In this document: positions 43,748-53,625 of the stretch, one piece after another
Layout of the letters: the number at the start of each line of letters is the position of its first letter
Position numbering within the stretch: position 1 is the first letter of the stretch
From: Acidobacteriota bacterium
Lineage (GTDB): Bacteria; Acidobacteriota; UBA890; WLXD01
Reading direction: 5' to 3'
DNA: 64,000 nucleotides
Assembly (NCBI GenBank): GCA_963666055.2
Contig: CAXWPH010000002.1
Location: 320,001 to 384,000, forward strand
Program-made: the position numbers and the translations under genes
Notes under the pieces: model-generated
What the model was told of the DNA's origin: nothing
Database searches by the model: none
Seen by the model: the letters and a program-made list of their open reading frames with translations, nothing else

Positions 43748-43786
43748 ATTACGGCCCCACTTGGAAACGCAAAGTAGAGGAGGGGC

Positions 43787-44056
43787 GTGATGCCGTTCAC
43801 CAAACAGCAATATGAAGCCGCCATCGAGAAAATGGAAGCCACCATCGACCGCCTACGCGACGAGGCGCGGGAGGCAGTGAGCAAATTAGCCGGCGTCACG
43901 ATGGCCCGCGACGTGGATATCGGCCTGCTGGAAGCATGCACCGAGAAGGTTGAGGCGCTAGTGCGGGCGGTGCGGGCAAGCGAGGATATTCACGCCAGGC
44001 TCAAACATGCTATCGACGGCGCCCTCGCCGCCCGACAAGAGAACGGTACTAAGTGA
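43787..44056 (+). CDS. Hypothetical coiled-coil protein
   Basis: 89 aa, GGAGG RBS. Confidence 0.55.
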   Translation: MMPFTKQQYEAAIEKMEATIDRLRDEAREAVSKLAGVTMARDVDIGLLEACTEKVEALVRAVRASEDIHARLKHAIDGALAARQENGTK

Positions 44057-44222
44057 CTGATCCGAAGAGCGAGCAACTGTGGACGGCCCACGACGCAGCC
44101 GAATATCCGAAGCCGCCTCCTCCTCCTCTTCCTCCTCCACCTCCGCCGGCGCCGCCCACTCGGCGATGGCATGCGACTACTTCGACCACTACCAGAAATA
44201 GGGAAAGCCGCAACTTTGAAGG

Positions 44223-44420
44223 TCAAACACCTTCAAGCGGTGAACGACTGAAGGGGGTCACGGCCCCGCCCGCCTGTCCGCCGACGTTGTCAGCAATGCG
44301 TTCGACTGCCTTGACGAGGCGCGTGGCTAGCCCGATTAGGTAGATGAATAGGCCGATCCAGATCAGCCCGAACAGCAAAGGGAACAGTCCCATCGCAGCC
44401 ATCATCGGCATGTCCATCAT
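44223..44420 (-). CDS. Small single-pass membrane protein
   Basis: GGAGG RBS, hydrophobic LFPLLFGLIWIGLFIYLIGLA, then RLVKAVERIA. Confidence 0.6.
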   Translation of the reverse strand: MMDMPMMAAMGLFPLLFGLIWIGLFIYLIGLATRLVKAVERIADNVGGQAGGAVTPFSRSPLEGV

Positions 44421-44982
44421 GTCGCTACCTCCGTAGGGATTAGTGATTGACGGCCTTCCTCAGTGGACGGTTACGTTGTTCCTGGCGTTTTGCCAGCTTC
44501 AGTCGCTGCTCGCCCCCATGGCTTGCCTCCCTCGTTCACTCGCCAGCGCGTTTCTTGCTTAGTTCCGACCTCAGCCGACCCCCGTCCTCTGTCGCCTCTA
44601 ACCGGATACGGACTCGGCCTTCCTTGTCGCGCAGTTCTTGTATGCCATCGCTTTTGGTAGCCGTTCTCTTTGCCATCCTTACGCGACTCCCTCCTGGGGT
44701 CGTGGGGGCCGACGGCTGATTGTCTTCCAGGACCTATTAGCCACACGGCCCCCTTCTTATGTCTCGGTGACACCGTCCGCCACCCTGGGGCGCTGATCAG
44801 AAGCGACCGAATAGCCAGCGAGGCTGCGGTGGCTGCGACGCGTCCCGGCGGGCAAGCGGTGGGTAGTGATGAGCGCAGACTCATTTCATTCCCGAACCAG
44901 CGACCGGCGATCTATATTGGCCGAGACTGATCGACCATGATGCCTACCACCTACCGAGTCCCCGAGTGAGAGGCCGCCGCGC

Positions 44983-45309
44983 ATGAGCAAGCCGGGATTC
45001 GTCGACGGACGGCACTACGCGACCTACGTGGTGGAGGTTCGTCGCCTCAAGCGGGTGGGCGACCTCGATGGCGCGAAGGAGCTTCTCCTGCGCCTAGTGG
45101 ACGCCACAGAGGCCGAGGCATCCGCCCGAGGCGAAAGCTGGGTTGCTCGGTACTACGAGCAGCTTGCGATCATCTACCGGAAGAAGAAGCAGCCAGCCGA
45201 CGAGCTCGCGATCCTCGAGCGGTACGAACGACAAGCGAAAGCCCCTGGGACCGTTCCAGAGAGGCTGGCTAATCGCCTGGCCGGCCTGCGACCCAAGGCG
45301 AACCAATGA
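44983..45309 (+). CDS. Helical (TPR-like) hypothetical protein, paralog A
   Basis: PGFVDGRHY.TYV.E.RRLKR.G, YYEQLAIIYR; similar to 48283-48618. Confidence 0.7.
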   Translation: MSKPGFVDGRHYATYVVEVRRLKRVGDLDGAKELLLRLVDATEAEASARGESWVARYYEQLAIIYRKKKQPADELAILERYERQAKAPGTVPERLANRLAGLRPKANQ

Positions 45310-45355
45310 AAGGCCGCCGCAGCGCCAACCCCCGCCTGTCGCCTACCCCCGCTGC

Positions 45356-45673
45356 ATGTTCGGCTCCTACCTGGGCGAGTTGATCGACGCGCACCCTACC
45401 TCAAGACCCAAGCTGTCCGAGCGCATCGGCGTGTCTCCGGGGAACCTCAGCAACTACCGCCACGGCCGCTACCTCCCGCCGGACCGCAAAGCCATCGGCG
45501 TGATCGCGCGCGTCCTCGCGCCGACCAGGGCAGAGCAGGTGGAGATCCGCGCCGAGCTCACGCGCCGCTGGATCGCCGACCTGCTTGATGCGCACCTGCG
45601 CGGGGGTGGCGTGTCGCTGGATGAGGCGCGATTGGCGATCCGCGATCTAGCGGGGGCACGGAGGCGTAGGTAG
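45356..45673 (+). CDS. Small XRE-type HTH protein, copy 2
   Basis: Close paralog of 42974-43279. Confidence 0.7.
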   Translation: MFGSYLGELIDAHPTSRPKLSERIGVSPGNLSNYRHGRYLPPDRKAIGVIARVLAPTRAEQVEIRAELTRRWIADLLDAHLRGGGVSLDEARLAIRDLAGARRRR

Positions 45674-45779
45674 AGGAAGAGCCAGGAGCCCGCCCGCCAC
45701 AGCCTCAGGAACATGCGCGGCGAAGTCGGAGTTTGCTAGGCACTACCCGGTTGGGGTGCGGTGATTCTAAGATGATGTT

Positions 45780-45887
45780 GCCTCTTAGCGTGGGACGCTA
45801 CGTAACCCGCCGCTGGCGGGCACGTGAGCGTCGGCATTGCTCCCGGCTCCGCGATCACAGCGGCGAGGGTGTCTCGCGCTGGGGGGC
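45780..45887 (+). ncRNA. Putative structured RNA, copy 4
   Basis: P1 45780-98/45869-87. The two P1 differences from copy 2 convert G-U to G-C. TAAGAT at 45768. Confidence 0.55.
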
Positions 45888-45967
45888 CTCGTATCTAGCC
45901 GTGTCCGAGTTGCCCCGTGCTCCCCCCGCTGTAGCCTAGTCGCCCCCGTTGCGACTAGGATGAGGTT

Positions 45968-46085
45968 ACCCCTCGGCGCGGGACGAGGAGCGTAGCGCTA
46001 CGAGCCGCCGCTAGCGGGCTGGCCAGCATGCACATGACGGCCTGGTTCCGAGATCACAGCGGCTGCAGCGTCCCGCGTTGGGGGG
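45968..46085 (+). ncRNA. Putative structured RNA, copy 5
   Basis: P1 45969-85/46069-85 (17 bp), P2 GCCGCT/AGCGGC; TAGGAT at 45956. Confidence 0.55.
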
Positions 46086-46187
46086 CCTTGCATGTGGTGG
46101 GCGCACGGTGCTCACGGTGTTCAGAGTTCACCGGTGGAACGGAGAGAAATCAGCGGCGAATTCGCACCTCTGGCATAGATCACACGC

Positions 46188-47910
46188 ATGGCAATCAACC
46201 ACCTGTACTACGGCGACAACCTGGATATCCTGCGGCTGCATGTAGCGGATGAGAGCGTGGATCTCGTGTATCTCGTGTATCTCGATCCGCCGTTCAACAG
46301 CGACCAGAACTACAACGTCCTCTTTGCGGACCGGTCGGGTGAGAAAGCGCCTGCGCAGATTCAAGCGTTCGAGGACACATGGCGTTGGGATATGGCTGCC
46401 GCCGCGGCCTATGAGGAAACGGTAGAGATAGGCGGCCAGGTATCGCGTGTCATGCAGGCATTCCGCACATTCCTGGGCGAGAACGACTTGCTTGCCTACC
46501 TAGCGATGATGGCGCCGCGTCTCGTCGAGCTTCATCGCGTTCTCAAGTGCACAGGCGGCCTCTACCTACATTGTGATCCAACGGCGAGTCACTACCTGAA
46601 GATCATCCTGGATGCCGTCTTCGAACCCAAACGCTTTTGCACGGAGATCGTCTGGAAGCGGAGCGGCGCTCATAGCGACACGAAACAGGGAAGCAAGAAG
46701 CACGGCCACATCCACGACGTAATTCTCTTCTACACAAAGGGCGACGGCTGGACTTGGAACGAGGTCTATACCCCCCTATGAGGAGTCCTACATAGGTCGG
46801 GACTACAAGCTCGTCGACGATGACGGCAGACGGTTCCGACGCGACAACCTGACGGCGGCGCGCCCTGGCGGGGATACCGAGTACGAATGGCGGGCGAAGA
46901 AGCGAGAGGACGTGCGCGAACGCTGGGTCGCTGACCTCGACGACGAGTACAAGAATCCGAAGCCGGGCTGGGAGTACGTTGGTGTGCCGCCGTACAAGGG
47001 CCGCTACTGGGCGTACTCCAAAGACAACATGCGTAAGTTCGCGCGAGAGGGCCGTCTGCGACACACGTATGGCGGGATGCCCGAGTACAAGCGATACCTC
47101 GACGAGATGCCGGGTGTACCGCTACAGGATATCTGGACCGACATCACGCCAATCATCTCTGGGCAGTCCGAGCGTCTCGGGTACCCAACACAGAAACCGG
47201 AAGCGCTGCTGGACCGCATCATCACGTCTAGCAGCAACGAAGGTGACCTCGTCCTCGACCCGTTCTGCGGGTGCGGCACTACGGTCGCTGTTGCTCAGCG
47301 ACTGAAGCGGCGCTGGATCGGCATAGACATCACACACCTAGCTGTATCGCTGATGAAGCACCGGCTCCGAGACTCCTTCGGCGACAACGTAGCGAATGAG
47401 TACGAGGTGATAGGAGAGCCTGTTGCGGTGTCCGGTGCTCAGGAACTAGCACACGATGATCCTTATCAGTTCCAATGGTGGGCATTGGGGCTGGTAGGTG
47501 CGCGGCCGGTCGAGCAAAAAAAAGGGCGCCGACAAAGGCATCGACGGACGAATCTATTTCCACGACGACGGGAGAAAAACGAAGCAGGTCATCCTCTCCG
47601 TGAAGGCCGGCAAGAGCAGCGTCGCACATCTTCGCGACCTCCGCGGTGTCATTGACCGTGAGAGCGCCGAGATTGGCGTCTGATCTCCATGCAGGAGCCA
47701 ACGGCTCCGATGCGGAAGGAGGCGGCCTCAGCCGGCTTCTACGAGTCTCCCTGGGGCAAGCACCCGCGCCTACAACTCCTCACCGTGGGCGAGCTGCTCG
47801 AGGGCAAGGAGATCGACCGGCCACGGTCCCGAGCGGACGCGACCTTCAAGAAGGCGCCTAGGCAGGGGCCGGCTGAACCTGCGACCGGCGATCTGTATGG
47901 CCGAGGCTGA
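46188..47910 (+). pseudogene. N4/N6 DNA methyltransferase with C-terminal Mrr-like domain, frameshifted
   Basis: YGDNL, DPPF, YPTQKP, DPFCGCGTT, ADKGIDG..SVK. Indels at C6 (46771), A8 (47516) and ~47679. Confidence 0.88.
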
Positions 47911-48282
47911 CCCCCTCGCAAATCGGCCGGCTGGAAGTAGCTACTCTGACGGACGGCTACATTCGCGGCCCAATGTCGCCAGCGATTGTCAATTCACTTC
48001 CACTGTGTGCGAATCGCTAGCTGGCCGTCATTACCCAGCGCTGACAATTCTTTACGGCTCAGTCCCTGGTTGGCGGCGGCTGCGGTCGATAGCTTTCTCG
48101 CGTCGTTCGTGTTCGATGCTTGAGCCGACCGATGCCTGACAGCAGGCAGTGCCCCTCCCCTCGCAAATCTCCCGGCTGCGCGCTTTCTAGTAGTAGAAGA
48201 AAATTGTTCCGCTTGGCCACGGCTGCGCGCAAGCTCAAACGTGCCGCAGGTCGCGCCCTGCGCGCGAAGGTAGTGCCCAACA

Positions 48283-48618
48283 ATGTGCACCCCCGGCTTC
48301 ATCGATGGCCGGCACTACTCAACCTACGTCCTGGAGTATCGCCGTCTGAAGCGAGAGGGCGAGCTTGATCGAACAGAAAAGCTCCTGATCCGAATCGTCG
48401 GCGCAACGGAGGACGAGGCCACGGCCAACGGCTGGGATGATGTAGGGCCCACTTACTACGAGCAGCTGGCCATCATCTACCGGGAAAAGAAGCAGCTGGC
48501 CGAAGAGATCAAGATACTCGAGCGGTACGAGCAACAAGCAAGAGCCTCGCACACTCCTTCCGCGAGACTCGCCGAGCGCCTAGCAGAGCTGCGCGCCAAA
48601 GCCGGTAAGAACCCATGA
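48283..48618 (+). CDS. Helical (TPR-like) hypothetical protein, paralog B
   Basis: PGFIDGRHYSTYV.E.RRLKR.G, YYEQLAIIYR. Confidence 0.7.
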   Translation: MCTPGFIDGRHYSTYVLEYRRLKREGELDRTEKLLIRIVGATEDEATANGWDDVGPTYYEQLAIIYREKKQLAEEIKILERYEQQARASHTPSARLAERLAELRAKAGKNP

Positions 48619-48663
48619 CCCCGACCACCTACCGAGTCCTCTAGCCCGAGAGCACAAAGCCAC

Positions 48664-48942
48664 GTGACCAACGACGAAGCGGACCAAGAGCCCGAGCGCC
48701 TTCGGTACACGAACGACATGGCTCCGGTTCTGCTCGCGGAGGTCGTGCATCTGGGAGCTCGCCTGAACGCGCTGATCAACCGGCTGCGCGAGCAGGGACA
48801 TCTTTCAGAAGCGGATATGGAATCGCTGCTGGAAGACGAAACGAGAATCCGCAATCAACGAAGTGCTGAGTTTCTGGCCCTCGTGTCCGCCTATGACTCC
48901 GCGGAACATATGCGAATCGCCAAGGAAGAACATGATGCGTAG
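48664..48942 (+). CDS. Hypothetical protein
   Basis: 92-aa helical ORF. Confidence 0.45.
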   Translation: MTNDEADQEPERLRYTNDMAPVLLAEVVHLGARLNALINRLREQGHLSEADMESLLEDETRIRNQRSAEFLALVSAYDSAEHMRIAKEEHDA

Positions 48943-49126
48943 CCGGCTTGCCCTGGTGATCATCGTCGTTCTGTTAGCGCTTGCCGTGGCAGTCATCGTC
49001 GTTCGAATCATCTACTGATCTCCCGTGGTGAGAGCCGATCTATTCCGCTAAGCTGAGCAGCCTTTGCCGAGATCCGGTGCGGTGCTGAGTAGTCAGGACC
49101 GGGCCGACAATCGAGGAGCCGATGAC

Positions 49127-49210
49127 ATGCCCAAGTACGTGATCGAGCGAGAGATACCGGGTGCCGGCGACCTGTCGGCTGACGACCTCAGGGGAATCTC
49201 GCAGAAGGGT
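49127..49210 (+). pseudogene. N-terminal fragment of DUF4242-like protein
   Basis: MPKYVIEREIPGAGDLSADDLRGISQK with RBS, cut by the repeat at 49211. Confidence 0.7.
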
Positions 49211-49587
49211 TCGAGTTGATGGTCGACGGGTTCAACATGCTCAACAACTTCTCCCCGACCAGCGTCAGAGATCGAATCGACCGAACGTTCAGCCTTCAGC
49301 GCGACGCCGAAGGCAACAGACTCTCCAACGTCGGGCTGCCCCGGGACTCTTCAAGACTGCTGCCCGGACGGCAGTTTCGGTTCGGGGCAGGACTTTCCTT
49401 CTGATTGGCTGACACGCAACGACAAACTGGGGTGCGGTGATCCAGGGCCGGGAGCCGGCCCTGCGGATCGACGATGACCTCGAGGGCCATCGCTGACTGA
49501 GCCGCACCCTGCTGGTGCTGTCGTTCGATCTGCTGACGCAGACGCAGCTCGTCAGTGCTGTCTCTCGATCCGCTGGCGCAGCTCGTC
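49211..49587. repeat. ~380-bp direct repeat, copy 2
   Basis: Receptor C-terminal 64 codons plus the 3' end of the TPR gene. Confidence 0.95.
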
Positions 49588-50784
49588 GATGCGCTGTGCA
49601 TCGCCCGCCCGGCCCAGCGCACGGTAGGCGGCGGCGAGAACCTCGTACGTCTCCGCACGCTCCGGCTGGAGCTGGCGCGCCCGCTCCAGTGCCGTGATCG
49701 CACCTTCGTGCTGGCCGAGTGCTGCCCTGCACAGGCCGATGTTGAAGTGGATCAACGCGTCGTCGGGCGCCAACTCGACCGCGGTCTCGAAGAGCTCCAG
49801 CGCCTCGGCCGGATGGTCTCGGCGGAAGTAGTAGAGCCCCTGCGCGTTCAGCATGCCGATCTGCATGGCGCGATTCTGCTGGAGCTCGCGCTGGCGCTCG
49901 GCCCTGGTCATCTCCTGGAAGCGCTGCATCAGCTGTCGGGCCTGCTCCCGCTGACCGCTGTCGCGAAGGGCCAGCGCCAGGTTGTAGTGGGCCAGTTTCA
50001 GCCCGGCGTCGAGCTTGATTGCCTCGCGCCCGTGCGTCACCGCACCCTCCAGGTCCCCGGCCTTGTACAGAACGGAACCGAGCAGCTGGTGCGCCTGCGC
50101 GGCGCAGCATGCCTGCATCCCGAGGACACGTCGGAGCAGCTCCTCGGCGGCCGAGAGCTCCTGGCGATCGATGTACACCTCGGCAAGGCGCACGTATGCC
50201 AGCGCTTGGCGCGGGCGCATCCGGATCATCGCTTCGAGCTGCTCCACCGCGCCGTCGAGATCGCCCTCTGCCCGCGCCAGCATACCGAGATCGAAGCGCG
50301 CTTCCACGGCGCCCGCCATCGTGGCCGCCTCGAAGGCGGCTCGCGCCTCCGACCCCATGCCCATCTGGAGCAGCGTACGACCCCTCAGCAGCTCGAGGTT
50401 CGGTTTCCCGCCACCCCCTGCCTGACACTCGTCGACGAGCGCGATCGTCTTGTCATGGAGGGTGAGACGGCGGTAGGCGCGACCGAGCGCCAGGCAGGTT
50501 TCGATACTCTCGGGACGCAGCTCGTGGGCGCGCTCGTACGCCGTCGTCGCCCTGAGAAGCGACTCGAAGTCGCCGTTCTCCAGCGCCGCCGCACCGGCCT
50601 GCATCGCCTCGTCGAACTCCTCCGCTGGCGTCTGCGCGGTCTCCGTTTCCTGTCCGGTTACCGGGCGCGCATCCAACCCACCCGGCCAGGCCGACGCCTC
50701 CGGAGTCGAGCCGCGGAGGATCGGAGCGGCCAGGAAAGAGCAGACGACGACGTGCAAGCTGATTCGCACTACCGTCGCGTGCAT
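49552..50784 (-). CDS. Exported tetratricopeptide repeat protein
   Basis: Signal peptide and repeated A..LG..Y...G....A motifs. Confidence 0.88.
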   Translation of the reverse strand: MHATVVRISLHVVVCSFLAAPILRGSTPEASAWPGGLDARPVTGQETETAQTPAEEFDEAMQAGAAALENGDFESLLRATTAYERAHELRPESIETCLALGRAYRRLTLHDKTIALVDECQAGGGGKPNLELLRGRTLLQMGMGSEARAAFEAATMAGAVEARFDLGMLARAEGDLDGAVEQLEAMIRMRPRQALAYVRLAEVYIDRQELSAAEELLRRVLGMQACCAAQAHQLLGSVLYKAGDLEGAVTHGREAIKLDAGLKLAHYNLALALRDSGQREQARQLMQRFQEMTRAERQRELQQNRAMQIGMLNAQGLYYFRRDHPAEALELFETAVELAPDDALIHFNIGLCRAALGQHEGAITALERARQLQPERAETYEVLAAAYRALGRAGDAQRIDELRQRIERQH

Positions 50785-50786
50785 CG

Positions 50787-53204
50787 TCAGCGCTGTGTCC
50801 CGGTACGCAGCTGCATCCCAAGACGCGCGTGCTGGTTGGACAGCTCGTTTCTTCCGAGTCGATTGTAGATGTCCGCGAGCAAGAGATGGCCCAGCACCTG
50901 GTCCTGCCTGATGATCTCCTGCGGTACCCCACGCGCCTTCGACAACTCGAGTCGCTCCAGCGCCCCCTCGACGAGCGACACGGCCTCGTCGAGACGCTCG
51001 TTCTTCACCAGGTAGATGCGGGCGAGGAACAGGCGCCCACTGGCGAACTGCGGGTCGATTTCGAGGGCCATACGCAGGTAGCGCTCCTCCTCGACGAGGT
51101 TGCCGCGGTCGCGGTAGATGACGCCGAGTTTGAAGGCGGCATCGACGTTGCCCGGCGTGTTCTCGAGCTCGCGGCGGTAGGCGGCGATCGCCTCGTCCGG
51201 CTGTCCTCGGGTCTGGAACAGCAACCCGCGCTGGTAGTGCAGATCGGCGAGGGTATCGTTGAAGCCGCGCGCCAGGTTCAGGTGTTCCTCCGCCAGGCTT
51301 TGGCGGCCTGCGGCCAGGTGGATGGCTCCGAGCCCCACGTGCGCCGCGGCCATGATGTTGTTCGTCGGCGTGTCTCCGCTGATGCGCAGCGCCTCGTTGA
51401 AATAGGTCGCCGCCTCGTCGTATGAGCGCCTGGCCTGCTTGATGCGCCCGAGGCTGATGTACAGCCGGGCATCCTGCTCCAGGACGTCGATGAAGTCCAG
51501 CAACACCTTCTCGGCCTCGTTCATCCGGCCGGCCTGCATCTGCGTGCTGGTGAGAAAGAGCACCAGGGCCGCATCTTCGGGCCGCATCGAGAGTGCGGTC
51601 TCGAAGGCCTCGATCGCTTCGTCGTAGCGGAGCTGCTCGAAGAGCAGGTTGCCGAGCGACTGGTGCGCGTCGACCACTCCGGCATCCTCGGCGATGACCC
51701 CCCGCAGGAGCATTTCGGCCTCGGCCAGTTCGTTATTGACGGTCAGACCGCGGGCCAGGAGCAGGTCGTTGTAGATCTCGACTTTGTCCTTCGGGTTGGC
51801 GCGCTCGACCTCCGGGTCGTCTGCATCGGCGCTGTAGCCGCCGATGTACCCGAGCGCGGCGAGCCGCTGGAGAGTCTCCTGGTCGAGCGTGACGGTGTTC
51901 GCCGGGTTGGCGTTCTCCTCGAACTGCGCCACCAGCTCTTCGGCCTCCCGGCGCAGCGCCTCTGCCGTGGCGGCGCGCTCTGATGCGAGGTTCTGCCGCT
52001 CCTCGGGGTCCTGCAGAAGATCGTAGAGCTCCGGCTCGGACGAGATGATGAGCTTGTGGGTGGGCTCGAGGATCGCCTGGAGCTCGCTCCAGCCGAAATG
52101 CAGGCGCGGGTAGAAGGTCTCGGCATAGACGCGCTCGTCGGGCCTACCCTCGACCTCGGCGTCGTTGGTAAACAGCGGTACCAGGCTCCTGCCATGCACC
52201 TCTTCGGGGGTCTCCAGCCCGGTCAGCTCCAACACGGTCGGCATGACGTCGATCAACGAGACCAGCTCGTGGCGCTGGATGCCCTGCGGCTCGTCGAACG
52301 GCGTGGCGATGATCAGCGGCACCCGGATGGCCGACTCGTACAGCAGCAGCCCGTGCTCGTTCTCCCCGTGCTCGCCGAGGCTCTCGCCGTGATCGGCTGC
52401 CACCACCACGTAGGTGTCGTCGGATCGGCCGGAGTCGTCCAGCCACGAGATCAGCCTGCCGACCAAGGAGTCGGTCCAGGCGATCTCACCGACGTAGGGC
52501 CGGTCGGCGTATCGCGACCTGAAGGGCTCGGGCGGATCGTACGGAGTGTGCGGATCGTACAGGTGCACCCACATGAAGAACGGGGTCGTGTCGTCCTCGC
52601 GGGCCCACGCCAGGGCGGCGTCGATGACCTCCGATCCGGGACGCTGCACGCGGCCCAGAAAGATCGCTCGCTGCTCGGGCACCTCGAACTCGTCGAAGTA
52701 CCGGTCGAACCCCTGGGCCAGGCCCCAGCGCGAGTCGAGCACGAAGGCTCCGACGAACGCGCCAGTTCGGTAGCCGGCCTGCTGGAAGCTCTCGGCCAGG
52801 GTCTGCAGCCCTTCTGGCGCGATGTGGGCGCCGTTGTCGCGTACCCCGTGGTAGGGCGGGTGGGTTCCGGTGAATAGCGAGGTGTGCGAGGGCAGCGTCA
52901 GCGGCGTCGAGGCGTAGGCGCGCATGAAGGTGACGCCGCGGGCGGCAAGCCCATCGATGACCGGTGTGTCGACCTCGTCGAAGCCGTACACGCCGAGTCG
53001 ATCGGCGCGCGTCGTGTCGAGCGTCACCAGCAGGACGTTGAGCTTGCGGTCGCCGCGGAGCTCGTCGAGCCGCGCCCCCGGGGACGCTCCCGGGCCACAG
53101 CCGATCGTCAGCAGGACGATCGCCCACACGGACGCGACAGCGGCGAGCGCTGCCAGTACCCTGCTACGTCGCGGCGCACGCCGACCGCGCTCGAAGCTCG
53201 GCAT
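50787..53204 (-). CDS. Sulfatase-like hydrolase/transferase with C-terminal TPRs
   Basis: NVLLVTLDTTRADRLG, PLTLPSH, HLYDPH, ADHGESLGEHGE, LAALGY, then TPRs. Confidence 0.9.
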   Translation of the reverse strand: MPSFERGRRAPRRSRVLAALAAVASVWAIVLLTIGCGPGASPGARLDELRGDRKLNVLLVTLDTTRADRLGVYGFDEVDTPVIDGLAARGVTFMRAYASTPLTLPSHTSLFTGTHPPYHGVRDNGAHIAPEGLQTLAESFQQAGYRTGAFVGAFVLDSRWGLAQGFDRYFDEFEVPEQRAIFLGRVQRPGSEVIDAALAWAREDDTTPFFMWVHLYDPHTPYDPPEPFRSRYADRPYVGEIAWTDSLVGRLISWLDDSGRSDDTYVVVAADHGESLGEHGENEHGLLLYESAIRVPLIIATPFDEPQGIQRHELVSLIDVMPTVLELTGLETPEEVHGRSLVPLFTNDAEVEGRPDERVYAETFYPRLHFGWSELQAILEPTHKLIISSEPELYDLLQDPEERQNLASERAATAEALRREAEELVAQFEENANPANTVTLDQETLQRLAALGYIGGYSADADDPEVERANPKDKVEIYNDLLLARGLTVNNELAEAEMLLRGVIAEDAGVVDAHQSLGNLLFEQLRYDEAIEAFETALSMRPEDAALVLFLTSTQMQAGRMNEAEKVLLDFIDVLEQDARLYISLGRIKQARRSYDEAATYFNEALRISGDTPTNNIMAAAHVGLGAIHLAAGRQSLAEEHLNLARGFNDTLADLHYQRGLLFQTRGQPDEAIAAYRRELENTPGNVDAAFKLGVIYRDRGNLVEEERYLRMALEIDPQFASGRLFLARIYLVKNERLDEAVSLVEGALERLELSKARGVPQEIIRQDQVLGHLLLADIYNRLGRNELSNQHARLGMQLRTGTQR

Positions 53205-53625
53205 CCTACTCGCCTCCATCGTCAGGGGTCGCGGCGATCGACCGGGCGGTTGCGGGACGCTATCCGTGGGCGGGACGCGGCGCCGCCCTGCGAGAATCCT
53301 CCCAGATATAGTGTCGCCTGAAGCGTATCGCCGGAGCGTGCGAGATCCAACGGAGGCACCGTCAGGAGCCTCCCCAGCGTCAACCGGCCTGGCCCCCAAT
53401 TCGGGAAGGGTACCATCCCGTGCGGAACCATCCCGTGCGGGGTGGTTCCGCGCGTTAGGGGCCGTCCTGGGGATATGCACCAGCGCTCTACCCCACCGCC
53501 TGACGGTCGCGCTCGTCAGCCGTGAGTGGTTACCCCGATACCCGCCCTGGCCAACCCAAGAGCGTGCCGCTACGGACGAGCGAAATCGAAGGACGCTAGG
53601 GCTTGTCGAGTCTCGGCTGTCGGCG

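Noticed and set aside
44053-44343. Proline-rich protein
   Set aside because: Looks like a truncated HTH start (EQLWTAHDAAEY) joined to a low-complexity CCT tract, and it overlaps a better ORF on the other strand.
42686-46090. Structured repeats as integron attC sites or a CRISPR array
   Set aside because: No RYYYAAC/GTTRRRY boxes, no integron integrase or cas gene, and no regular repeat-spacer period.
47950-48030. Nested hairpins (GACGGCTA/TGGCCGTC, GCCAGCGATT/AATCGCTAGC)
   Set aside because: Single copy with short stems in GC-rich DNA and no supporting homology.
53412-53441. ACCATCCCGTGCGG tandem pair
   Set aside because: Two-copy local duplication with no other occurrence noticed.
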